A stretch of 64,000 nucleotides of DNA from Halarcobacter sp. (GTDB lineage: Bacteria; Campylobacterota; Campylobacteria; Campylobacterales; Arcobacteraceae). A program made the position numbers and the translations under genes. The notes beneath the pieces were generated by a model. The model did not search any database. It saw only the letters and a program-made list of their open reading frames with translations, and had not been told where the DNA came from. Positions 48,413-58,712 of this stretch are shown one piece after another; the stretch's first letter is position 1; each line of letters starts with the position of its first letter. Location of the stretch: positions 3,232,001 to 3,296,000 of the forward strand of contig CP182352.1 in assembly GCA_048571215.1 (NCBI GenBank), given 5' to 3'.

Positions 48413-50563
48413 TTAATCATCTTTTACTACAACTTTATTTCTACCATCATTTTTAGCTTGATAAAGTGCTATATCTGCTCTTTGTAAAATTGATTCTATG
48501 TCATCACCTTTTTTTGAGATAGTTACCCCGAAACTTGCTGTTTTATTTTTTATTTTTGTAAAATCATAGTTTGCAATCTTTTTTCTAAAGGTTTCCATTA
48601 AAGAACTTACACTTTCTAAATCTGATTCTGGACAGATTATTACAAACTCTTCTCCTCCAAATCGACCAACAAAATCTGTTTTTCTTAGATTGTTTTTTAA
48701 TATACTTGATATCTCTATTAGTATTTTATCTCCTATTTGGTGCCCATATGTGTCATTAACATCTTTAAAGTTATCAATATCAACAATTGCTAATCCAAAA
48801 GGGTGGTTAAATCTTTCACTTCTATTTATTTCAATTTCTAATAACTCTTCTATTTTTCGTCTATTATAAAGGTTTGTTAATTTATCAGTTATAGAGAGTT
48901 TTTTTAACTCTATATTTTTATCTTCAATATCTTTTTTTGCTTTTTTTAATAGGTTGTTTGCTTTTATTATCTTGATATTCCAATATAAAATAAGGATGAT
49001 AAAAAATATTGTAGCTATTGCAATCTTCCAAACAAAAGTATAGTCTGTACCTTTTTGGTATTTTATAGGAACCCATTTATTGAAAATCTCTCTATGCATC
49101 TCATTTGTGATATTATTAATAGCTTTCTGTAAAATATTTAATAAACTCTTATCCTCTTTTATTACAGCAATTGATAGTTTTAAGTTTTCAGATATTTTCC
49201 CAGCAATTTTTAGTTCCCCAAAATATTTTTGCTGAAATTCATATCCTATACTAGCTAAGGTATCAATATATGCAAATAGTTTACCATCTTTGACTTTGTC
49301 TAGACCTTCATTGATATCTTCTACTTCTACAAGATCTAAAGAGGGGTATTTTTGTCTAAGTATTTTTACAAAAGCATCACCTTTGATAATACCTATCTTT
49401 TCCCCTTCTAAATCTAATATTTGGTTTATAAATGGCACATCAACCCTTGTTGCTACTACTAAAGGTACTTCTAAATAACTACTTGTGAAGTTTAGATATT
49501 TTCTTCTTTGTGGTGTTTCCATACCAAGAGCCAACATATCACATTTTTTCTCTTTTATATAAGTGATAGATTCGTTCCAATTTTTTGTTTTAACAAGCTT
49601 GAATTTTGCAGATAACATTTTTTCAAATAGATTATAATAGTCTGAACTCATACCTATATGTTCACTCTCTTCATTAAGTCCTTCAAAAGGTAAGCCATCT
49701 GGATTTATACAATATTTTATAATCTTTGTATCAAGATAGGCTATCTCATCTTTATTAAGTTCAATATGACCTCCTCTATACTCTTTTATGGAACCTATCC
49801 ATTTATTGACTAAAGCCTCTTTTTGTTTATCTGTAATAGAGTTAAGGGCTTTTTGTAAAATAGAACTTAAAAGGGGTTTCTCAGGCTGTACCCCAAATCT
49901 TAGATCCTCTTTTTTTGTATTAGGAAGGATTAATTCACTAGCAAGTTTCAAATTTGAATATAGATTCTTTTTTATTAGATAGTTTATATTTGTAAGATTT
50001 TGAATCAAAGCATCAATTTTTCCAAAAACTAAATCTTTTGTCAAATCTGCATAGTTGTCATAGTATACTAAATTCATAGAACCTAATTTTTTAAGTTCAT
50101 TGATATAAAATACATCTTTTAAAACCCCAACTTTTTTCCCTTTTAGACTTTTTAGTCCCTTGTATTCACCAAAATCATCTTTTACAAATATCATAATTGG
50201 TATATCATAATAAGAGCTTGTAAAAGTAGTAAAAGGTTCTCTATATCTTTTATATGAAATACTAGTTATCATATCAACTTCTTTATTTTTGAAAGCAGTA
50301 TAGATATTGGTCCACTTACCAAAGGATTTTTCAAACTGTAAACCAGTTTTTTCAGATATTATTTTCAATAAATCATGTTCAAATCCAACGGGTGTATTTT
50401 TTATATAATATGAAAATGGCGTAAAATCAGGCATTAAGCCAACTTTTACTACAGGATTGGTTTTTATAAACTCCTTTTCCTCTTTTGTAAGAATAAGAGG
50501 CTTTGCAATTGCTTGAATAGAAAAAAATAATAAAAAAAGTAGCTGCATAAATAATATTTTCAT
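48413..50563 (-). CDS. Diguanylate cyclase with two periplasmic SBP domains
   Basis: Two SBP_bac_3-like repeats, TM segment, TDKLTNLYNRR, GRFGGEEF. Confidence 0.93.
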   Translation of the reverse strand: MKILFMQLLFLLFFSIQAIAKPLILTKEEKEFIKTNPVVKVGLMPDFTPFSYYIKNTPVGFEHDLLKIISEKTGLQFEKSFGKWTNIYTAFKNKEVDMITSISYKRYREPFTTFTSSYYDIPIMIFVKDDFGEYKGLKSLKGKKVGVLKDVFYINELKKLGSMNLVYYDNYADLTKDLVFGKIDALIQNLTNINYLIKKNLYSNLKLASELILPNTKKEDLRFGVQPEKPLLSSILQKALNSITDKQKEALVNKWIGSIKEYRGGHIELNKDEIAYLDTKIIKYCINPDGLPFEGLNEESEHIGMSSDYYNLFEKMLSAKFKLVKTKNWNESITYIKEKKCDMLALGMETPQRRKYLNFTSSYLEVPLVVATRVDVPFINQILDLEGEKIGIIKGDAFVKILRQKYPSLDLVEVEDINEGLDKVKDGKLFAYIDTLASIGYEFQQKYFGELKIAGKISENLKLSIAVIKEDKSLLNILQKAINNITNEMHREIFNKWVPIKYQKGTDYTFVWKIAIATIFFIILILYWNIKIIKANNLLKKAKKDIEDKNIELKKLSITDKLTNLYNRRKIEELLEIEINRSERFNHPFGLAIVDIDNFKDVNDTYGHQIGDKILIEISSILKNNLRKTDFVGRFGGEEFVIICPESDLESVSSLMETFRKKIANYDFTKIKNKTASFGVTISKKGDDIESILQRADIALYQAKNDGRNKVVVKDD

Positions 50564-50670
50564 TTTATTCCTTGAAAAATTATTATAGCAGTTAGTAGTT
50601 TGCAGAAAGGTTTATTTTTTTAGTATAAAGAGTTTATTTAATGTTAAAATTATTAACAAACTATCAAAAT

Positions 50671-50859
50671 TTAAAATCTCTCTTTTGAAATAATAAGTTT
50701 TTTTATCTCATCTGTCTCAAAAGAGCTGTTGTTTGATTTTAATAGTTTTCCTAAAAGGCTTAGAGGTTTAACCCTATCAAAGCATTTACCTTTGTAAGAA
50801 AAACTAACATAGTTTTTATCCTCAATAGCCTTTTGTAAAAAGTGATATTCTATATTCAT
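50671..50859 (-). CDS. Small hypothetical protein (WYL-like SH3 fragment?)
   Basis: LQKAIEDKNYVSFSY..RVKPLSL; overlaps upstream gene (ATGA). Confidence 0.55.
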   Translation of the reverse strand: MNIEYHFLQKAIEDKNYVSFSYKGKCFDRVKPLSLLGKLLKSNNSSFETDEIKKLIISKERF

Positions 50860-51113
50860 GCACTCAAATAGCAGTTTAATTGTTTCGTATCTTTCCCATT
50901 AAAAGCCAATACTCTATCTAATCTAATAAGTGTACCATCTTCAATTATCATAAACTCTTGTCTTTCAAAGCTTCTAAAGTTTACAATTTTTGTAGAAACA
51001 GTTTTCTCTTTATCCTCTTCTAGATATGTTAATTTACATTGCTTCTTTTTTGTAGCAGCTGCTTCAAACTCATCGTATAATGAACACGACACTGGTATAT
51101 ATTTCTTACTCAT
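50856..51113 (-). CDS. Rho-binding antiterminator Rof/YaeO-like protein
   Basis: YIPVSCSLYDEFE...EFM...IRLD. Confidence 0.78.
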   Translation of the reverse strand: MSKKYIPVSCSLYDEFEAAATKKKQCKLTYLEEDKEKTVSTKIVNFRSFERQEFMIIEDGTLIRLDRVLAFNGKDTKQLNCYLSA

Positions 51114-51124
51114 CTCTTTCCTTC

Positions 51125-51544
51125 TTATAATTCTAATTTATTTAATATATGAAAAAATATTTCATTCTCTTCTTTACTTAGTTTAGAGCTTAGATTTTCT
51201 CTAAACTCTGTAACCTTGTCAAAGGTTTTTTCTAATATCTCTTCCCCTTGTGAAGTTAGAATGATTTTATTACTTCTTTTATCATTATTTATATCATTTT
51301 TTCTTATTATCAAGCCTTTTTTTTCTAAAGAGTTTAAAGAACGGCTTATTGTTGTTTTATCTTTCCCTAAAAGTTTAGCTATGGTTGTTTGATTTACACT
51401 TGGTTCAAACTTTATAATCTCTAGGGTTGCTCTTTGTTCTATGGCAATATTATAAGGGTGCAAATTTTTATTTAATTTTTGGCTTGCGCTATTTGCGCCT
51501 TTTATGAATCTATAAGCTATTGAATCTTTTAAAGCATATTTCAT
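51125..51544 (-). CDS. MarR family transcriptional regulator
   Basis: DKTTISRSLNSLEKKGLI, DKRS..LTSQG. Confidence 0.93.
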   Translation of the reverse strand: MKYALKDSIAYRFIKGANSASQKLNKNLHPYNIAIEQRATLEIIKFEPSVNQTTIAKLLGKDKTTISRSLNSLEKKGLIIRKNDINNDKRSNKIILTSQGEEILEKTFDKVTEFRENLSSKLSKEENEIFFHILNKLEL

Positions 51545-51556
51545 ATCATCCCTTTA

Positions 51557-51585
51557 GTTGCATATGCAATTATTGCATATGCAAC
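51557..51585. promoter_or_regulatory. Double palindromic operator, probably the MarR autoregulatory site
   Basis: GTTGCATATGCAAT-T-ATTGCATATGCAAC: two copies of TTGCATATGCAA, 12 nt upstream of the marR start. Confidence 0.75.
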
Positions 51586-51657
51586 CTTTTTTTTGGCTTA
51601 CATATTGTTGTTTTGTTAAAGAAAATCTATTATAATAAAAAAAATTCTTTAGGAAAT

Positions 51658-52701
51658 ATGATGTTAATGCTTTTATATTTTTCAATTGCTATTGGAATCT
51701 CTTTTTTATGTTCAATTTTAGAAGCTGTAATACTTTCTATAAACCAATCCCATATTGAGTTAATAAAGCAAGAAAAACCAAAACTTGGTTCTTTGATGTA
51801 TAAACAAAAAAGAAAGATTGATTATTCTATTGGAGCTATTCTTACTTTGAATACTTTTGCACATACCTTAGGTGCAGCAGGGGTTGGGGCAGAGGCTGCC
51901 AAAGCTTTTGGGGAGCAGTATATGTTTTTTGTATCTGCTATATTAACTCTTTTGATACTATTTTTTTCTGAAATAATTCCTAAAACAATAGGAGCACTTT
52001 ATTGGAAATCTCTAAGTGAATTTACAACAAGAGTAATAGAATTCTTAGTTTTTATCACTTATCCTTTGTTATTTATTATGAATAAAGTTACAGCCTTATT
52101 TAAATCAAATAAACATGAGACTATTAGCAAAGATGAGATAAATGCCTTAGTTAATATTGCTAAAAATCATGGAGTGTTAAAAGAAAGAGAGAAAAAATTC
52201 ATAGGTAATATATTGAGTTTAGGGGATCTTAGAGTAAAAGATATTTATACGCCAAGAAGTGTAATGTTTGCTATAAAAAAAGAGGATTTGATAAATAGTT
52301 TTTTACAAAAAGATAAGAGTTTTGATTTAGAGAAACTAAAGGTGTATTCTAGGATCCCTATTTATGATAAAAATATTGATGATATTGTTGGAATAATAAT
52401 CTCAAAAGAGTTTTTTTATGAAACTATAGAGAATAATTTAGAAAATAAAGAAGATATCATCAATGAAGTAAATAGTATAAATGAAAATATTAGAGTTCCT
52501 AAATTGATTGATATGTTTATATCTAAAAATGAGCATATTTATATAGTAGAGGATAATTATGGACAAACAAAGGGAATAGTGACCTTAGAAGATGCTCTAG
52601 AGGCTATTTTAGGTATTGAAATAGTTGATGAACTTGATCAAAATATTGATATGAGAGAGCTTGCAAAAGAAAAAATGAAGTTACATAGAGCTAGATCTTG
52701 A
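51658..52701 (+). CDS. CNNM (DUF21) + CBS domain protein
   Basis: SFLCSILEA, ILTLNTFAHT, SEIIPKT, TPRSV, YSRIP, VTLEDALE. Confidence 0.92.
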   Translation: MMLMLLYFSIAIGISFLCSILEAVILSINQSHIELIKQEKPKLGSLMYKQKRKIDYSIGAILTLNTFAHTLGAAGVGAEAAKAFGEQYMFFVSAILTLLILFFSEIIPKTIGALYWKSLSEFTTRVIEFLVFITYPLLFIMNKVTALFKSNKHETISKDEINALVNIAKNHGVLKEREKKFIGNILSLGDLRVKDIYTPRSVMFAIKKEDLINSFLQKDKSFDLEKLKVYSRIPIYDKNIDDIVGIIISKEFFYETIENNLENKEDIINEVNSINENIRVPKLIDMFISKNEHIYIVEDNYGQTKGIVTLEDALEAILGIEIVDELDQNIDMRELAKEKMKLHRARS

Positions 52702-52702
52702 G

Positions 52703-52728
52703 TATATGAAGAGAGATCTCTTCATATA
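52703..52728. terminator. Bidirectional terminator hairpin
   Basis: TATATGAAGAGA-GA-TCTCTTCATATA between convergent genes. Confidence 0.7.
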
Positions 52729-52732
52729 TTGA

Positions 52733-53248
52733 TTATTTTTTGCAGTGTTCAGCGTAAAAATTACCAAACTTAAGACCAGTTCCTGCCTTGTCTTTTTTTA
52801 CAGTATATTTAGTAACTACAGGATTACACTCATCAATCCAAGAGTATAAATCATATATTTTTACTGTTTTAAAACCCATTTTTTTAAAGTTTTCAGCCTC
52901 TATTGATGCTCTTGCTGCTGAATTACAAACAACAATGATATTATCTTTTATGAATTTGCCATTATCATCTAAAACAAAATTCCCTAAAGCCTTCTCTGGT
53001 GCTTGTCTTCCAACTCTTTGAGAACCTTTTATATGAGCACCTGACCATTCTTCAATAGTTCTAACATCTGCAACTATCCAATCTTTTGAAGCTAAAGCTT
53101 TTTTAACCTCTTGTGTGGTTGCAAAGTTACCACTTTTTTTGAACTCTGCTTTTAAACCTTTTGTTAATGTACTATAATCTACAAAATCAGATGCGAACAT
53201 AGAACTTGTAAACAATAATGCACTTATACAAAGCATTTTAATTTTCAT
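52733..53248 (-). CDS. Secreted rhodanese-like domain protein
   Basis: Signal peptide, DVRTIEEWSGAHIKGS, VVCNSAARA. Confidence 0.87.
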   Translation of the reverse strand: MKIKMLCISALLFTSSMFASDFVDYSTLTKGLKAEFKKSGNFATTQEVKKALASKDWIVADVRTIEEWSGAHIKGSQRVGRQAPEKALGNFVLDDNGKFIKDNIIVVCNSAARASIEAENFKKMGFKTVKIYDLYSWIDECNPVVTKYTVKKDKAGTGLKFGNFYAEHCKK

Positions 53249-53435
53249 TACTTCCCCTTATGATAAAAATCTTTATATTATAATTATAACTTATTATTTT
53301 AATCTTAAAAAAATATATTAAAATCATAATATTTATTATTAATTTATATTATGATTCTTAAAGTGCCTGTTTTATTTTCCCTTTATACTTATATATTATA
53401 ATATCGTCAATAATTTATTTTTTAGGATTCTAAAA

Positions 53436-53819
53436 ATGGATAATACAAATTTAACACAAAAGCCCACAAGCTCTTTTGAAAAGAAACTAGTACAAGAAAA
53501 ATATAATGTAAACATTGCTTTTTATGTTCATTTAAAAGAGTACAATAATACAGTAAGAGAAGAATTAGAAAAAAGACTTGCAGAAGTGTTTTTTTATTCA
53601 AAGGGAGTTGATTGGAAGTTTGACAGCTTTGGCATAGAAAAAAGTGGTTCAAGAAGTAAAAATTTATTAGGTTACTTTATCTTTAGAACTTCAAATATTA
53701 GTGAACTAAAAAAGTTATTTTTGGAATATTTTGAGGATTATAATAATGCTTTAAAAATAACTTGTTCAATTGCGGAATATGAGAAGATAAGTGAAACTTT
53801 TTTTGAATTAGAAGTATAA
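53436..53819 (+). CDS. Hypothetical protein
   Basis: 127-aa ORF with AGGA RBS. Confidence 0.65.
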   Translation: MDNTNLTQKPTSSFEKKLVQEKYNVNIAFYVHLKEYNNTVREELEKRLAEVFFYSKGVDWKFDSFGIEKSGSRSKNLLGYFIFRTSNISELKKLFLEYFEDYNNALKITCSIAEYEKISETFFELEV

Positions 53820-53843
53820 TGTTTCAATATAAGGGAGAGTATT

Positions 53844-54659
53844 ATGAGTATTAAAAAAATAACATCTTTAACTATGCTATTAACCATGGTTATAATGACA
53901 TATACAGGAATAATGCTATTTATAGCACCTCCGGGAAGAGTTGCAAATTGGGCTGATTGGCAGATAATTGGTTTAAGTAAAGAACAATATGCTCAAGTTC
54001 ATTCTACTTTTATGGTACTTTTTATTGTTTTTACACTTTTACATATATACTATAATTTCAAACCAATGCTTAGTTATATGAAAAACCAAGCTAAACAGCT
54101 AGTGGTTTTTACAAAAGATATGATTATATCTTTTTTATTGGTAGGTATATTTTTAATGGGAACTTTATACAATTTCTCTCCCTTTTCAGATTTCTTACGA
54201 ATGGGAGATACAATAAAAAATTCTTGGGAAAAAGAGTATGGTACAGCACCTTATTCACATGCAGAACTTGATTCTTTAGATAAGTTTTCTAAGAAGTTAG
54301 GTTTTGATATGATAAAGGTAAATGAAGTTTTAAACTCAAATAATATAGAGTTTCTACCTTCCCAATCATTAATTCAAATTTCAAAAAACAATAAAATTAG
54401 TCCCCAGTTTATATATAATATTTTAAGAAAAAACTTGGATAAAGAAAATAAGCTTATCCCCCTAACAGGTTTAGGTAAAAAAACTGTAAAAGAGGTAGCT
54501 CAAACTTTAAATATCTCTTTTCAAGAATTTAAAAAACAGCTAAATCTTTTGGGTATAAAAAATATTGAAGAGGATAAAAAGTTTAAGGAATTACTTGAAG
54601 AGTATGATATGAGCCCAATGGCTGTTATGCAAAAGCTAGGTTATAAAAAACCTAACTAG
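53844..54659 (+). CDS. DUF4405-like membrane protein
   Basis: TGIMLFIAPPGRVANW, QVH, LLHIYYN, PYSHAEL. Confidence 0.8.
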   Translation: MSIKKITSLTMLLTMVIMTYTGIMLFIAPPGRVANWADWQIIGLSKEQYAQVHSTFMVLFIVFTLLHIYYNFKPMLSYMKNQAKQLVVFTKDMIISFLLVGIFLMGTLYNFSPFSDFLRMGDTIKNSWEKEYGTAPYSHAELDSLDKFSKKLGFDMIKVNEVLNSNNIEFLPSQSLIQISKNNKISPQFIYNILRKNLDKENKLIPLTGLGKKTVKEVAQTLNISFQEFKKQLNLLGIKNIEEDKKFKELLEEYDMSPMAVMQKLGYKKPN

Positions 54660-55311
54660 ATTTAGATATCAAATCAAAAATATCTAATGGGGTTTTGACA
54701 ATATAGTCTGCCCCATTTTCTAATAGCTCAATCTCTTCCCTAAAACCCCACTTTACACCTACAGCTATCATATTTGCATTTTTTGCTGTTTGCATATCTA
54801 CATCAGTATCCCCAATAAAATATATCTCCTCACAAGGGATATTAAACTTTTTGGCAATCTCTATTGCTGCAGTTGGATTTGGCTTTTTAGGAACTTGTAA
54901 TTTTTGTCCGTGGGGTTCTTCAATTTTGTATGAGCTAAAGAATTTTTCAACATATTTTAGGGTAAATTCATGGGGCTTATTTGATAGAACTGCTAGTTTT
55001 ATATTGTGTTTTTTTAACTTATCAAAAAGTTCATATACTCCCTCATAAGGCTTTGTATTTGAATGAAGATTTTGTTCATAAATAGTTTTAAACCTATCTA
55101 ATAGTTTACTAATCATCTCTTCTTTTGTATCTTTGGGAGTACAATTTCTTATCAAAATCTCAGCTCCACCACCTACAAAAGATTTATATTGTTCAATTGT
55201 ATGTGTGGGCAAACTAAACTCTTCTAGTACTTTATTTGCACATATTGCTATATCACTTAGAGAATCTATAAGTGTTCCATCCAAATCAAATATAATAGCT
55301 TTGTTTTTCAT
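54652..55311 (-). CDS. HAD-superfamily hydrolase (phosphoglycolate phosphatase-like)
   Basis: FDLDGTLIDS, LSNK, KKPNP, IGDTDVD. Confidence 0.92.
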   Translation of the reverse strand: MKNKAIIFDLDGTLIDSLSDIAICANKVLEEFSLPTHTIEQYKSFVGGGAEILIRNCTPKDTKEEMISKLLDRFKTIYEQNLHSNTKPYEGVYELFDKLKKHNIKLAVLSNKPHEFTLKYVEKFFSSYKIEEPHGQKLQVPKKPNPTAAIEIAKKFNIPCEEIYFIGDTDVDMQTAKNANMIAVGVKWGFREEIELLENGADYIVKTPLDIFDLISKSS

Positions 55312-55318
55312 ATAAATC

Positions 55319-56494
55319 CTAATGTTCTTTTATTATATGTCTTGAAAAAATTATTGATAAAATAATAGCAAAGAAAGTTAACGTGGAACTTATTAAAAAG
55401 ACTAAATCATAACTTTTATTCAAATCATAAAGATAACCAGCTCCTACAGGAGCAATTGTTTGGCATAGGGCAAAAAGCAAAGTTACTAAAGCTAAAACTT
55501 GTGCATTTTTTTTCACATCAAAGTGGATAGAAGTAAGTAGTGTTATGAGTGAAGGCACACTCCAAACAGATATTCCAAAGGTGATAGCAGATATCCAAAC
55601 AGCAATAAAATTTAAGTCAAGGGTTAATATAAAGTTGGAAATTGTTTGTAAAATAAAAACCAAAATCAAAGCTTTATAGGCGCTTGTTTTATCTGCAAGA
55701 ATACCAAATATATAACCTGAAAAAATACTCAAAAATCCAACTAAAGCCCAAAAGTCTCCAGAGATAGAAGTACTAAAATCGTATTTGCTAATAACTGCAC
55801 TTACAAAATATGTAACATAAACAGCATAGCTTAGTCCAAATATCATATATAATATCCCAACCTTCCAAAAGGAGCTTATAAAAAAGTATTCAAAAGCTTT
55901 TGATTTTAATTCACTCAAATGATGTGAGGTGTCTTTTTTTATCCCAATTTGTGAAACAAAAGCAAAAACAACCATTATACAACTAAATAAAATCCATGAA
56001 GTTTCCCAAGCATCTATTTTAACAATATTTTCAATATATGGAACAATTTGTCCAGAAATCACAATTGCAACTCCACTTGCACTAACTACTATTCCTATAG
56101 CTTTTCCCCTTATATCTTTTGGAATCTCATTTGATAAGTAAGACATAATTGAGATATTTGAAATACTTGCTAAAAATCCTGCAAGGCAATAGAAAAAAGA
56201 GATAAGTAGGTAGTTTGAAAAAACTGTCATAAGTACCATAAATAAAGCTTGTAAAATCATTGTTGCAAAGATAAGTTTATATGTTGGGTATTTTGTATAT
56301 AAAGAGTTTACAAATAAAATACCAATGAAGTATCCTATAAAATTAGCTGTACCTATAAAACCAACTTGGGTTGTTGAGAGTTCTAAAGATGCTTGTAGAT
56401 TTGGTAAAATCATACCAAAAGCAAATCTTCCAAATCCTAAACATGAAAATAGAATTAAAAAAGCTGATAAAATCTGTTTTATGTAAGGTTTCAA
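55319..56494 (-). CDS. MFS transporter (YbfB/YjiJ-like)
   Basis: GFGRFAFGMILP, ANFIGY; about 12 TM segments. Confidence 0.88.
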   Translation of the reverse strand: MKPYIKQILSAFLILFSCLGFGRFAFGMILPNLQASLELSTTQVGFIGTANFIGYFIGILFVNSLYTKYPTYKLIFATMILQALFMVLMTVFSNYLLISFFYCLAGFLASISNISIMSYLSNEIPKDIRGKAIGIVVSASGVAIVISGQIVPYIENIVKIDAWETSWILFSCIMVVFAFVSQIGIKKDTSHHLSELKSKAFEYFFISSFWKVGILYMIFGLSYAVYVTYFVSAVISKYDFSTSISGDFWALVGFLSIFSGYIFGILADKTSAYKALILVFILQTISNFILTLDLNFIAVWISAITFGISVWSVPSLITLLTSIHFDVKKNAQVLALVTLLFALCQTIAPVGAGYLYDLNKSYDLVFLISSTLTFFAIILSIIFSRHIIKEH

Positions 56495-57108
56495 TTTCTT
56501 AGTTCTATCACTTCATTTGATAATTCATTTTCATCATTTTCTTGAATAGGAAAATTTTTGATTAGAATCTCATTACATTGTTTTATTGCTTTTATATAAC
56601 CATTTGAAATATTGTTATCTTTTACATCTTTGATAAATTCATCAACAATATTTTGCCAATAAGAGTCATCAATCTTCCCTTTTATGACACTATCTGTAAT
56701 AATTTCCACATATTTTTCATCTAAACTAACAAAAAACATAATAGCCTGCTTTGTTTTTATTTTTTGTAAACCTAGATTAGCAAATTGTTTATTTGCATAA
56801 ATAGATGCTTTTTCATATTTGTATGATTTTGGAAGTAAAGATAAAAGTGCTTTATTTGATTTATCAAAAATAAAATAAAAGAAGATAAAACTTAGTGTTT
56901 GTATTTCAAATAGTTTTATACTATTATTTTCAAAAACTAATGTTATAAGTGAAATAATAGTTGTGATAAATAGGCTTAAAGCTATGGTTTCAAACTTGTA
57001 TAAAGATGATTTTTTAGTCATAACTGCAACAAGTTCAGCTGAACTTTGTTTCTCAAGGTTTTCAATCTCTTGTGAGATTTTTTGTTTTTCATTTTCGTTT
57101 AAATACAT
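56491..57108 (-). CDS. TPM domain membrane protein
   Basis: EIENLEKQSSAEL, FFVSLDEKYVEIITD, NELSN; in the lemA operon. Confidence 0.85.
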   Translation of the reverse strand: MYLNENEKQKISQEIENLEKQSSAELVAVMTKKSSLYKFETIALSLFITTIISLITLVFENNSIKLFEIQTLSFIFFYFIFDKSNKALLSLLPKSYKYEKASIYANKQFANLGLQKIKTKQAIMFFVSLDEKYVEIITDSVIKGKIDDSYWQNIVDEFIKDVKDNNISNGYIKAIKQCNEILIKNFPIQENDENELSNEVIELRN

Positions 57109-58001
57109 TACCATCCTCCACTAGCGCCACCGCCACCAAAACTTCCGCCACCTCCACCGAAGCCACCAGAACTACTAAACCCTCCACCTGAAGAGAAACC
57201 ACCAAAACCTCCATTATATCCAGTACCATAAGAGGGGTGAGTACTAGAATAAGAATCAAAAGAAACTTTTTTTGTAGTTAAATAAACAATAATACCAATA
57301 ACAAAGTATGCAATACCAGCAAATAATAAACTTTGGGTAAAGCCAATAGCAAAAGTACCTGCAAATCCCCCTAACATACTAGAATGAAATAGTTTACTAA
57401 TTTTCATATTTTTAAATTTTCTAGTAGCTCCACCTAATATAGCAGATATAAATATTATTGCAAAAAATAGGAAAAACCAATTTTCGGAAGTTTTATTTAA
57501 TACTCCATAATCACTTGGTTTATATTCACCCTTAATAGCTTTTATAATAGCATTTGTTGCCTCACTAATACCACCATAAAAATCACCTTGTCTAAACTTT
57601 GGTTTTAAAACATATTCTATAATCTCATGGGCTGTCTTATCTGTAAGTACTCCTTCAAGACCATATCCAACTTCTATTCTTAGCTTTTTTTCAGCCATTG
57701 AGATGATAAGTAAAACTCCATTGTTTTTATCTTTTTGACCAATTTGCCAATATCTTCCTAACTGATAACCATAATCTGCTATATCATAACCATCTAGGGA
57801 GTTTAGTGTTACTATTACTATTTGATTAGAAGTATTTTTTTCTTCATTTGCTAATATAGAAGATAGTTTTGCCTCCTCTTGTTTTGATAATATTTGAGCA
57901 TTATCAACAACTCTTCCTGTAAGGGAAGGAAAAGTTGGAGCTGCTAATAGTATATTTTGTAAAAGAAGAAAAGATACTATTGTTAGAACTATTTTTTTCA
58001 T
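57108..58001 (-). CDS. TPM domain (YgcG-like) protein
   Basis: GRVVDNA, NGVLL, RIEVGYGLEG, Gly-rich tail GGGGASGGW. Confidence 0.92.
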   Translation of the reverse strand: MKKIVLTIVSFLLLQNILLAAPTFPSLTGRVVDNAQILSKQEEAKLSSILANEEKNTSNQIVIVTLNSLDGYDIADYGYQLGRYWQIGQKDKNNGVLLIISMAEKKLRIEVGYGLEGVLTDKTAHEIIEYVLKPKFRQGDFYGGISEATNAIIKAIKGEYKPSDYGVLNKTSENWFFLFFAIIFISAILGGATRKFKNMKISKLFHSSMLGGFAGTFAIGFTQSLLFAGIAYFVIGIIVYLTTKKVSFDSYSSTHPSYGTGYNGGFGGFSSGGGFSSSGGFGGGGGSFGGGGASGGW

Positions 58002-58002
58002 A

Positions 58003-58593
58003 TTAGAAATTTACTTTCGGAGCTTCTTGTTCTTGAGGTGATGCTGTAAAAGTTTGCTTTACTTGTGCTTCTGGATATATTATCGCTGCAACTATTTTAC
58101 CAGGAAAAGTTCTTAATTCAAGATTATAAAGTCTTACTGTTTCTATGTAATCCCTTCTTGCAACAGAGATTCTATTTTCTGTTCCTTCTAGTTGAGATTG
58201 AAGTGCTAGAAAGTTTTTGTTTGCTTTCAAATTTGGATATCTTTCAACCACTAACATTAGTTTTGATAGGGCAGAACTTAGGGCTCCTTGTGCTTGTTGA
58301 AATTGTTTGAAAAGTTGTGGGTTAGATAACATCTCAGGAGTTAAGTTGATTTTCCCAACATTTGCTCTTGCTTGGGTAACTTCTGTTAAAGTTGATTTTT
58401 CATGTGCCGCATAAGCTTTTACTGTTGATACAAGATTTGGGATCAAATCTGCTCTTCTTTTGTATTGGTTTTGAACTTGAGACCAAGCTGCTTTAACATT
58501 TTCATCCAATTTTGGCACATTATTTATATTTGTTGCAATTAAGGCAATAATTGCAATAACAATTACACCTAGTCCTATTAAAAAAGCTTTCAT
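58003..58593 (-). CDS. lemA: LemA family protein
   Basis: QYKRRADLIPNLV, ERYPNLKA, LEGTENRI. Confidence 0.95.
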   Translation of the reverse strand: MKAFLIGLGVIVIAIIALIATNINNVPKLDENVKAAWSQVQNQYKRRADLIPNLVSTVKAYAAHEKSTLTEVTQARANVGKINLTPEMLSNPQLFKQFQQAQGALSSALSKLMLVVERYPNLKANKNFLALQSQLEGTENRISVARRDYIETVRLYNLELRTFPGKIVAAIIYPEAQVKQTFTASPQEQEAPKVNF

Positions 58594-58712
58594 TTTTTAA
58601 ACCTTTCTTTGAAATTAAGGTATATTATTTAAATATTGATTAATAGATAATGAAAGATGTTTTATAATTTAGTATTAATTTGTAATAATACTACTTTAGA
58701 AGAAAGGTATTT

